From Plasmodiophora brassicae (taxonomy: Eukaryota): a DNA stretch of 64,000 nucleotides. A program made the translations under genes and the position numbers. The stretch covers positions 310,001 through 374,000 of the forward strand of contig CP145415.1 in NCBI GenBank assembly GCA_036867785.1, in the 5' to 3' direction. Every line of letters starts with the position of its first letter. Position 1 is the stretch's first letter. Under the pieces are notes generated by a model. The model saw only the letters and a list, made by a program, of their open reading frames with translations, was not told the origin of the DNA and did not search any database. Positions 49,525 through 58,770 of the stretch are shown in pieces.

Positions 49525-51948
49525 TGTCACGACTGAGTCGTGTTGGCGACTCAGCCGGCACCAAATTGGGCTCCTTCGTAAGCGCACTAGGTACAATAAA
49601 CGTCCACGGCGCGGACCGACCTCAGTCGGTCAATCCGTGTGGTTGACTCATCGTGTTCGGTCGTCACATTTTGACCGACTGACCTTCTGTCGTCGTCTTG
49701 TCTCGACTCGTATCGTATTGTGCCGTATCGTATCGTATTGTGCCGTATCGTACCGTGCCGTACCGTTTCTATCGTTGGTATTGTATTGCATTCATGGCAG
49801 GAGGCGATGGGTCGATTCCGTCATTGGCGGACGACGTCCCATCGTCCGCGAATCCGGATGTTGCGGGTGCGTCGGATTCTGCTCTCGGTCCCCTGTCGCA
49901 TCTGCACTTCGCGCGGGGTGTTCTGCCACTGGCGAATCATCTCCCTGCACGACCGCTCACCCCGCCTTCGCTCACTAGTACCGCTGCCGATTGGCCCGAC
50001 GACTCTCTGTCCTCTTCGGACCCTCACTCCCCGCCAGCCTTATCGTCCATACACGTTTCTGCCGCCTCGCGGTCTCTGCAGGACCCCGGCGGCACGCCTC
50101 GGCATGACCGTGTCTCCTCGACGTCGCAGCATATTGGCGCTTCGTCCGTTGGGGCTCGGGTGCCGGCGCCACGGGTGTCTCCGGGCCCACCCTTAACGTC
50201 TATTGTTGTCCAGTCACAAGACATTCCGCGTTTTTCGGGAAGCGATGGTCTGTCGACGACGCGTTGGTTGACTGCGTTCTCTCGGATCACCCAGACGCCG
50301 TTAACGTCTACAAGTCCTCTATTCAGCGATGTGCAATGTGTCTTAACGACAGCCTTGCAAGGTCAGGCCCTTGAGACTTACCTCGACTTGCCTGCGGACG
50401 CGTCTATGGCGGACGTAGCGTCCGTCCTGCTCCATGTCTTCCCGGGACCTTCGTTCAAGCAGATTGAAGCGAAGTTTGACAACCTGAAGCAGACTGCAGG
50501 TGTCGCTCACCACGCACTGGCATTCCAACGCTTGTACAAGCACCTTCAACGACTTGACCCATTGTACAGACTCAATCCGGCCCGCTTGGCGGAAAAGTTC
50601 CGCCTCTCGTTGAACCCTGCGCTCTCCGAAGCGCTGTTCTTCTACAACTTCAGAGACTACGACAAAGTTGTCGAGATGGCGGTTCATCTTGAGTCGAAAT
50701 ACCCAATCGCCGCCATCAACGCTGGCGGTGATGCAAGGGCACAACCCCTGGCTTGCCACTATTGTCGCGAAGTTGGACATTTTATTGCGTCCTGCCCGAA
50801 GATGCCACCGTGCCCGCACTGTCATAAGGTTGGCCACCGCTCATCGCTGTGTCCCGAGCGGTCCGGCAACCCTCTCCACGTCACTGATCTGTTCCTTATG
50901 ACGTCTCCCTCAATACCGCATCTATTGGTATCGGTACGCCTCGTTATCGGCTCACGCCGTGTCAACACTATCGCCCTGTTAGACTGTGGTGCGACTTCCA
51001 ACTTCATCGACTGGTCGTTCTGTCGTCACCATGAAATACCGGTTCGCTCTAAACGCGTGCCATTCCTGTTCGCGTCATCGACGGGCGACACCTGTCTCCA
51101 GTAACTCAGGAAACCGTCCCGCTACGTGCTACAGTCGACGGATGTTTCGACAGCGATGTCGTCCTGAACATGATGCACTCGCCTCAACACCCTGTCATTC
51201 TTGGGCTGCCTTGGTTGGCGGATACAAACCCAGATATTGATTGGCGTCAGCGCCGCCTACAGCGCCGCGGAGATACCCTCGTGGGGATCCGTACAGGAGA
51301 CGTCCATGAGTCTGGGTCCTTCGTCTCTTCGGCGGGACCATTTGCAACAGTAAAGCGCGACGATAGTCTCTCAGCTGGGGTCTCACCTCCTGCACGAAGC
51401 GTTCCTGCGCCTGCGTGTGCCATCCCTTCAGCTGAATCACTCGAAACGTTGCCGCTTACATCCGTGTTTGTCGACGGCAAGCTGGCTTCCGTAGCTAATG
51501 ACGACCACCCGATGTGCCACATTGCCACTGCTGCCGTCGACGACAGGCCGAGTCCTTCCGCTTTCGATTATGGCTCCGAGTCCACGCCCCTTATGTCCTC
51601 CTTCCGGAACTGGGGCCCCCTTCGGCGAAGGGTGAAACGGTCTCTCCCGCCGCCCCCGCCGCCTCCCTCCAATGGTGGCTTCCGAGACGGCCACAGCCTC
51701 AACCTTCTGATGTTCGCAACCTTTGTCGCCCTGACCTGGATCCTAGTTGGGTGGCCGTATTTTCCAATAGCACAGCTGTGTACGAGCGCCTTTGCGGAGC
51801 CCCCGCCCTTGAATGCGCCCGCCGAGTCCTTATTTGCACCTTTTGCTACGTTAGAGGATGACCAGGCCTCATCAACCTCGATCGCGTTTCTCAACCACGA
51901 TCTCATGTTCCTGGACGCCGCCGTACGTGCGTTTACCCACAAGCTACA
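49525..51948 (+). mobile_element. Gypsy element D, 5' fragment (144-bp LTR 49525-49668, in-frame gag-PR from 49794)
   Basis: Two CCHC knuckles, [19 protein letters not shown]; frameshift near 51060; ends at the Copia B junction. Confidence 0.85.
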
Positions 51949-54900
51949 TAATGAAGACGATAACGAAGTGGATGTATTACGTACGGCGTGTGCGGCGGAC
52001 GTTACAGTGGCGACGTAGTCGCCGACGGTGTAACGGTTGCCAACGCCGGCGGGCACGGAGCCGCGGAGTGCGTGACGGCGTTCACGTGCTGCAGGCATGT
52101 GCTGCTGGTCGTAGTGGATACGTTGTTCGACACGCCCCCTCCAGCAGCACACGGCCTGGGACTTGTGTCGATGATGCCGGCCAGGAGCAGGTTCGCATGA
52201 TACGAGGTGCTGAGAGCGGGCTTCGTGAGGTAGTCTGCAGCCATCTCGGCGGACGGGCACTTGTGGACCACGATCAAACTGGCCTCGACGGCCTCCCGGG
52301 TGTAGTGAAACTACACCTCGATGTCCTTCGTGCGATCATCCATCCGACGATAGCCAGACCAGGCCTTCGCGCCTTGATTGTCCTCGTATACGATCGTCGG
52401 ACTGGAGCGTGCGAAGCCGATTTCGGTCAGGAATGTCCGGATCCAGGCCAGCTGGCGGGTAACAGCACACAGCGACTTGATCTCTGCATGTGTGGACGAT
52501 AAGCTAACTTTGACTGCGCCCAGGTCTTGGCGACGTGACTGCCAGTGCACGGGGCCGCCAGCCAGCAGGATGATGTGGCCGGAGCGCGACCGTCGCGTGT
52601 CAGGGTCGGATGCCCAATCAGCGTCGGCGTATGCGATCAGACGATCTTCGGGCTGGGGTTCGTATCGGATGCCGTGCGTCATGGTGCCGGCGATGTACTT
52701 AAGAACGCGTTGCCCCGCACGCCAATGCTGGATGCCGGGATTCGAGGAGAATTGGGCCAGTACATTCGTTATGTACGCGATGTCGGGACGGCATCGATGG
52801 GCGAGCCATGTCAGGCAGCCAATAAGTTTGAGGTACGGCTTGGTCGCCATTTCGTCGCGGTCGAGGTCGCTTTGTGGACTCATTGCCGTTGATAGGTGAA
52901 CGCCAGGCTGATGCGGCGTGTCGACCGGATGACAATGCGACATGTTGAAGTCGCTCAACACCTTCTCGATGTACTCGGCTTGGTCAAGGGTGATGGCGCC
53001 GGTGCCAGGTTCGCGTCGGATGCGCATGCCAAGCAGGGTCGACGGTTCACCTTGATCCGTGATCTCGGCCATCGTGGAGATCTTCTCGAGAACGGATTCC
53101 GCGAACGGGACGTCATTGTACGCCAGCAGACCGTCGTCGGTGTGCACCGACATGATCATGAACTTTCCATCGCGATCGTACCGGAAGACGCAGGGGTCCG
53201 CGATGATCGATTCGAATCCGAGTGATAACAGCATCTCCCGAAGCGTCTTGTACCAACGTTCGGCGCCTTGTTTCGTTCCATAAAGGGCCTTTTGCAGTTG
53301 ACGAACTCGGTACGGGACGTGATGATCGGTGAAGCCATCCGGCTGACGAATGTAAACATCATGGAGCATGTCGGCGTTCAGGTATGCGGCCACCCAGTCG
53401 ACCTGGCGAAGATGCAGGCCGTGCTGCGCCGCGAGCGCTAGGATAACGAGGAACGCAGTGGCACGGGCGGTCGGCGCGAACGTATCGTCGAAGTCGATGC
53501 CGGGGCGTTGTCGGAAGCCCTGAGCACAGAGTCGGGCGGTGAACTTGCGGATGCCACCGTTGCCACTGAGCGAGGACTTCACTCGGAACACCCACTTGGC
53601 GCCAACAGCGATCTTACTTTTCGGCAGGTCGATTAGCGGGCCGAACGTGTCCTTGGCGTCCAGTGTTGCCATCTGGGTGACGGCGGCGTCCCACCAGTGG
53701 CCAGCGAAAGGTGATGAGAGGGCATCGGCCATTGAGTTGGGTACGGGAATGTCGGTCGCTTTCAGCTTCGACAGGTCGGGTCGTGGTAGACGGGCTGGGT
53801 CGATCGGGGCGGATACCTTGGCTCGACATGCCTTGGCAGCGGCGCCGCGACATGTCGGACGGTTGGACCTGATGGCCTGATCGATCAGACGGCGCTCCTC
53901 AACCTGCTGCCAATGCCGGATCAGTCGGCGGGAGCGACGAGGAGGGCGCTGTGTCGGGAACGTTAGGGTCGGATTCTGGAACCAGGCGTCGACAGTCGAG
54001 GACCACCGTGTCGACGAACGATTGGCCGCCTCCGGCGCCTTCCACCATTCACCAGGCGGTTGACGACGACGATTCGATCGGCGAGGGCGTGGCACGTCGA
54101 TGACATTGTGGTCAACGATATCAGCAGCATCGGAATTGTCGTGGACGTCGGGGTCGGCAGCTTCGTTGGGAGAGTCGTTGCTGGACGCCGAACCTTCGTA
54201 GTCGGGATCATCTTCAGCGTCATCATCATCTTCGTCGGTGGATACGTCATCAGGAGACGGTGAGCGCGACGGTCGGACGATCTCGGAAGGCGATGACGCA
54301 GCGGCAGGTGACGGAGGCTCGGGAGGGGATGCTGCGAGAGAGGATGCTGACGTCGATGGTAGAGGTGCCATGACGGCGTCGGAAGAGACGGGCGTCGGGA
54401 CGATCGTGTCAACGTTCGGCGCAGAGCTCGACTCGGGACTGGACGGTGGCGCTGATGATGAACTAGCAGGGCTGGATCTTCCAAAGCCGAATGTGAACGA
54501 GGTCTCCAGGAACTCGGCAGTCGTGCTCTCGAACGTGTCTTCCCGGTCCACGTCGTAGAACCGCCAAGCCTTCATGCCGGGCGTGAAACCGATAAACACA
54601 GCGCGAACACGACGAGGCTCCAACTTGCTCGGCTTCTTCGTGGCTGGATGCGGTCGCATGGCATAGGCATCGCAACCGTAGACACGAAGGGCCGAGATGT
54701 TAGGTAGGGCGCGACGAGCAGCCTCGAACGATGTGCGACGCCCGGGAAGGACTGATCTCGGGTGGATGTTGTACAGTATCGCAGAGTAGGACAGCGACCA
54801 GGGCCACGTGGAGTCAGGCATGCGAGAGTGGCACCGGATTGAGCTTTCGATACCGCAGAGCGTGTGGTTGACGCTTTCAGCGCGGCCGTTCTGCTCGGGC

Positions 54901-57178
54901 GTGTACGGGACAGATTTGCGGTGCAGGATGCCGGACTCGTTGTAGAACAGGACGCACGCCTTGGAGTTGTACTCGCCGCCACCGTCAGTCTGGAACGTCC
55001 GGATACCACGTCCTTCCTGGTTGCGAAGACGCGCGTCATAGTGCTTGATGACGTCGAGCGCCTCCGATTTGCGACGTAGCAGATAGACGGACAGGTACCG
55101 AGAGGAATCGTCCAGCATGGTCTGGTAGTACTCAAAGCCGCCGACACCGACGACAGGCCACCGTCCGGACAGATCGCTATGGACGAGATCGCCAACACGA
55201 CGCGCGCGCGACGTACTGGGAGGGAATGATGACCGTTTGCCCTTGGCGAGTAAACATGCAGCGCATGGACATCGATCTTGCGGCCTCGGGATTGGCCCGT
55301 CGAACTTCATGCCACGACAACGTTTGTGCAGGATGCGCAGGTTGCCGTAACCCAGGTGGCCGGTTCGAGCGTGCCAGACAGCTGGAGCTGCGGCGGTGAC
55401 CTTAGCGACGCGGCATGAGACGCTGGATGCGATCAAGGAGCAGACTCGGGCAGAGTGAAGTGTGCCGGGCGCGGAGGTTGGAGCGGATAATGGAATCCGG
55501 TACAGGTTATCGTGTCCTCGTTGACTGACGGCCACTGGCTGACCGACGGGCGCCGTCCAGTTGGCCCCCGAGTAGATCTTCGCGGTATCGCCGTCGAACA
55601 CGATCTTGTGACCTGATCTGGTGAGCTGGCCAACTGATACTAGCGCTTGGCCAAGTCGGGGAACGTGCAGCGAATCGATACTCGTCGCCTGGACATCCAT
55701 GCCGAATGACGTCACGCCTCGACTGGTCGTACGCGACAGATCGGCTAGCTCAACTTCCGGTCCGGTGCCTTGGCGATAGCAGCTGAGATGTCGGCGCAGG
55801 GGCGTCATCGTCGTGGAACACGCTGAGTCCAGTAGGCCTACTGAGTTCGCGTACACGTCGATGGCGTGGCGTGCCGACAAAGCACGCATCGGCTCGGGCG
55901 CCGGATCGATCGGATGAGCGCCAGACGTTGGATACTCGTTGGACGTTGGTGAGGATGTATTGCTTTTCGCGTTGCTGTCGCGGTACCAGATGTGTCGTTG
56001 CAGCGTGCATTCGCCGTTAGTGTGCTTGGATCCGGGATGGAAGACGCAGGACTCGTTGCGTCGTGGTCCACGGGGACGCGTCGATGTGGCGCAACTGGAG
56101 CGGTTGGCCGTTTGGAACGCGTCGTGTCGGTCCCGCACGTCTTGGACCCTGATCTCCTCGCTTGTCAACGACCCGACGACCTCGGAGACACTGGGCAGCG
56201 TGTCCAGAGCACGATTGTGCAGGCCAGCGACGACGGCGTCGAGATCGGATGATGCGTTGGCCAAGATGAGGACGGCGACCAATGCGTCGGTGAGGGACAG
56301 CATCTCGGTCGGTACCGTCGACCGGACGCGATGAGCCGCTGCTTGAACTCGGGCGGCGTACGTGGCGACCGACTCGCCGGGCATGTGCTGGACCGTGACG
56401 AGGTCGCGGACGGCGCGCACGACCGATGCCAGCGACGACGGGCTGTACGCCTGGAACAGCACGCCCCAGCACTTGGCAGCCAAGCCTGCCTGAAACAAAG
56501 ACAACGCGGACGCGATCTTGTGGTCCAGCATGTGGACGAGTAGAATCTCGCGCGCGGCTGCCTCGAGAGCTGGGTCGTGTGCCGTACCGGTTGTCGCAGT
56601 CGGCGAGCCATCTTCGTTGATCCCGATGACGTCCGCGTACCCACGATTGCGAAACCAGAGTGCAGCTGTCTGAACCCAGGACGTGAACGAGTCGGGAGTA
56701 CCGTCGAACTTGGGCATGGGCAGTCGCCCTGCGTCGCTTCGGCTGTGCGCCTCGGCGATGATCGGCATGGCCGGGGTCGATGGACAGCTGGTCGGACGCG
56801 CCAGCTGCTGCTGCAGGACACGGAGACGGTCGATCTTTTCCTGCCTGGCGATCGTTGCCTCCGCTTCGGCAATTCGGGTGTCGATCTCCTCGAGCGACAG
56901 ATGACGCAGCGGGTCGTCATCCGTGTTAGGCGTCGCCTGGCGCTCGGCCATGGCGAGTAGAGGCTCAGCGCCTGCGCCTATACGACTGTTAATCTGAGAA
57001 AGACAATAATGGAGTGGATGTATTACGTACGGCGTGTGCGGCGGACGTTACAGTGGCGACGTAGTCGCCGACGGTGTAACGGTTGCCAACGCCGGCGGGC
57101 ACGGAGTCGCGGAGTGCGTGACGGCGTTCACGTGCTGCAGGCATGTGCTGCTGGTCGTAGTGGATACGTTGTTCGACA
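51949..57178 (-). mobile_element. Ty1/Copia element copy B
   Basis: 5' LTR 56995-57178; 3' LTR to 52132 with its outer ~16 bp replaced; no TSD. Confidence 0.93.
52311..56951 (-). CDS. Copia B polyprotein (Gag-PR-IN-RT-RH), premature stop in distal RNase H
   Basis: 1546 aa; LLDSACS, WHARTGH..CAAC, HSDL/TDGGGEY/NGRAE, FTARLCAQG, HTDD, YADADW; CAG>TAG at 52311-52313 versus copy A. Confidence 0.9.
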   Translation of the reverse strand: MAERQATPNTDDDPLRHLSLEEIDTRIAEAEATIARQEKIDRLRVLQQQLARPTSCPSTPAMPIIAEAHSRSDAGRLPMPKFDGTPDSFTSWVQTAALWFRNRGYADVIGINEDGSPTATTGTAHDPALEAAAREILLVHMLDHKIASALSLFQAGLAAKCWGVLFQAYSPSSLASVVRAVRDLVTVQHMPGESVATYAARVQAAAHRVRSTVPTEMLSLTDALVAVLILANASSDLDAVVAGLHNRALDTLPSVSEVVGSLTSEEIRVQDVRDRHDAFQTANRSSCATSTRPRGPRRNESCVFHPGSKHTNGECTLQRHIWYRDSNAKSNTSSPTSNEYPTSGAHPIDPAPEPMRALSARHAIDVYANSVGLLDSACSTTMTPLRRHLSCYRQGTGPEVELADLSRTTSRGVTSFGMDVQATSIDSLHVPRLGQALVSVGQLTRSGHKIVFDGDTAKIYSGANWTAPVGQPVAVSQRGHDNLYRIPLSAPTSAPGTLHSARVCSLIASSVSCRVAKVTAAAPAVWHARTGHLGYGNLRILHKRCRGMKFDGPIPRPQDRCPCAACLLAKGKRSSFPPSTSRARRVGDLVHSDLSGRWPVVGVGGFEYYQTMLDDSSRYLSVYLLRRKSEALDVIKHYDARLRNQEGRGIRTFQTDGGGEYNSKACVLFYNESGILHRKSVPYTPEQNGRAESVNHTLCGIESSIRCHSRMPDSTWPWSLSYSAILYNIHPRSVLPGRRTSFEAARRALPNISALRVYGCDAYAMRPHPATKKPSKLEPRRVRAVFIGFTPGMKAWRFYDVDREDTFESTTAEFLETSFTFGFGRSSPASSSSAPPSSPESSSAPNVDTIVPTPVSSDAVMAPLPSTSASSLAASPPEPPSPAAASSPSEIVRPSRSPSPDDVSTDEDDDDAEDDPDYEGSASSNDSPNEAADPDVHDNSDAADIVDHNVIDVPRPRRSNRRRQPPGEWWKAPEAANRSSTRWSSTVDAWFQNPTLTFPTQRPPRRSRRLIRHWQQVEERRLIDQAIRSNRPTCRGAAAKACRAKVSAPIDPARLPRPDLSKLKATDIPVPNSMADALSSPFAGHWWDAAVTQMATLDAKDTFGPLIDLPKSKIAVGAKWVFRVKSSLSGNGGIRKFTARLCAQGFRQRPGIDFDDTFAPTARATAFLVILALAAQHGLHLRQVDWVAAYLNADMLHDVYIRQPDGFTDHHVPYRVRQLQKALYGTKQGAERWYKTLREMLLSLGFESIIADPCVFRYDRDGKFMIMSVHTDDGLLAYNDVPFAESVLEKISTMAEITDQGEPSTLLGMRIRREPGTGAITLDQAEYIEKVLSDFNMSHCHPVDTPHQPGVHLSTAMSPQSDLDRDEMATKPYLKLIGCLTWLAHRCRPDIAYITNVLAQFSSNPGIQHWRAGQRVLKYIAGTMTHGIRYEPQPEDRLIAYADADWASDPDTRRSRSGHIILLAGGPVHWQSRRQDLGAVKVSLSSTHAEIKSLCAVTRQLAWIRTFLTEIGFARSSPTIVYEDNQGAKAWSGYRRMDDRTKDIEV

Positions 57179-58329
57179 GCGCCCCAGGCGAGGACTCAAC
57201 CGCCGCAAAATGCGGGGCGGCCGATTCGAAACGCGATAGGGCGTGTGGACGGTGACGGACTGACGGTGGACGCTTGGGGTATGGGCGGTGGGCAAAAACG
57301 GACGAGAGATGATCTCGATGACGTAGCTGAGGCAAGGGGGTACGATGGGCGTTTGTGATAATATTGTTTGCGAAAACAGGTGTTTACTAAGGGACGATTG
57401 TATCGGACGTGGGACTGAATGAAGCGAGCCTACAGTCACGTTGGATGTGTGGATGCGCCGCGCTGGTTCCGGCGTATGTCGTCAAACGGGTTCGTGTTTG
57501 GCGGGTTGAAGTCGCGCGCTTCATCATGCCGGTCTTTGTTACGTCTGGCATATGAGTACCATTCGGACGTGCGGAAGCAGTTGAAACGGTGCAAGTTCGC
57601 ATGAAGCGATTCGTTGGGATGGAAGTGGCGCCCTTGGAGGAATGTGGTCGTGGCATCTGAATGCGTCTGCAGAATTTCGGCCTGCAGGCGGTGCGTGTGC
57701 TTCCAGGTGTTTAGTATCAAGACGGCTTCGTTAACGCCACAGACCTGTTTGTACTGCTCGAAAGCAGCACGAAGTGCTCGCTCTGCATGTCACGACTGGC
57801 ATCCGTTTATAGCTGTTGGCAAGCGGCGTCCTAATTGGGCGCCGCTGCCAGACCGAATAAATGTCCGTGACGGTGGTCGACGTCAGTCGGCTAATGTCCT
57901 GTTAGCCTCAACATCGTGTTGTGTCTAACACTGCACGCTGCCGGAGTTGCTTGATGGCGCTGGTTGACTTTCCCATAGCCTTTCCAATCTTTTGACCGCC
58001 TTGTGCCAGTATCACCGAGTGGAGTTCGTTGATGTCTTCAGGTTCTTTGGTGGCAGCGTTGTCAGCACTCATCGTGAACCTGGACGGTCTAGGAGGTGTG
58101 ACTTTCAAAGTGACAACAAAGTGCGTTTCTGGCTGGCTGTTGTAGTCCAATGGCGGTTCGGGAAACGTGGTAATGGGACCCCTTCGATGTTATCTGCTCG
58201 GACGTTCAGCTAGGAAGGCGAAGCTCCGGTCGTCAACCCCCCCCCCCCCTCCCCCGCACCGACTCGCATGTGGGGACGTATTTCGGCAAACAAATGGGGT
58301 AATAGAGCGCCTCATCGGGCACCTGATGG

Positions 58330-58735
58330 AAAGTAGCGGATTGGGTTCACGATTCTCTCTATTTTAGTGGGAGACCTTGTGAGCGTTGCCGTTTTTTTAA
58401 TAGATGCTTGGATTTACGACACTCTCGTCTTTCTCTTAATATAGAGGCTTGGAATTACGAGCCTCCCTTGTTAAATAGAGAGCATCGTGATTCCAATGCT
58501 CTCTATCTATATACTCACTCCCTTATATAAAGAGAGAGGCTTGGAATCACGATCCTCTCTGTCTATATAAATAGGGAGGCTTGCAATCACGATGCTCTCT
58601 ATTTAAATAGAGGGGATTGCATTCACGAGGCTCTCGGGGCGGTTGAGCAAAACCTGGGGCGGTTGAGCAAAAACTGCGGCGGTTGATAAATAGAGAGGCT
58701 TGCGTTCGCGATCCTCTCGCGCTGGGGCGGTTGAG
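58330..58735. repeat. Array of imperfect ~30-45 bp hairpin repeats plus GGGGCGGTTGAG repeats
   Basis: Units like AGAGAGGCTTGGAATCACGATCCTCTCT, one inverted copy at ~58475. Confidence 0.75.
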
Positions 58736-58770
58736 GTTTATTCGCAATACAAAACTCCGCCTATTGCCGC

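Noticed and set aside
58330-58735. CRISPR-like array
   Set aside because: Units are degenerate, one is inverted, linkers are too short to be spacers, and the context is eukaryotic with no cas genes
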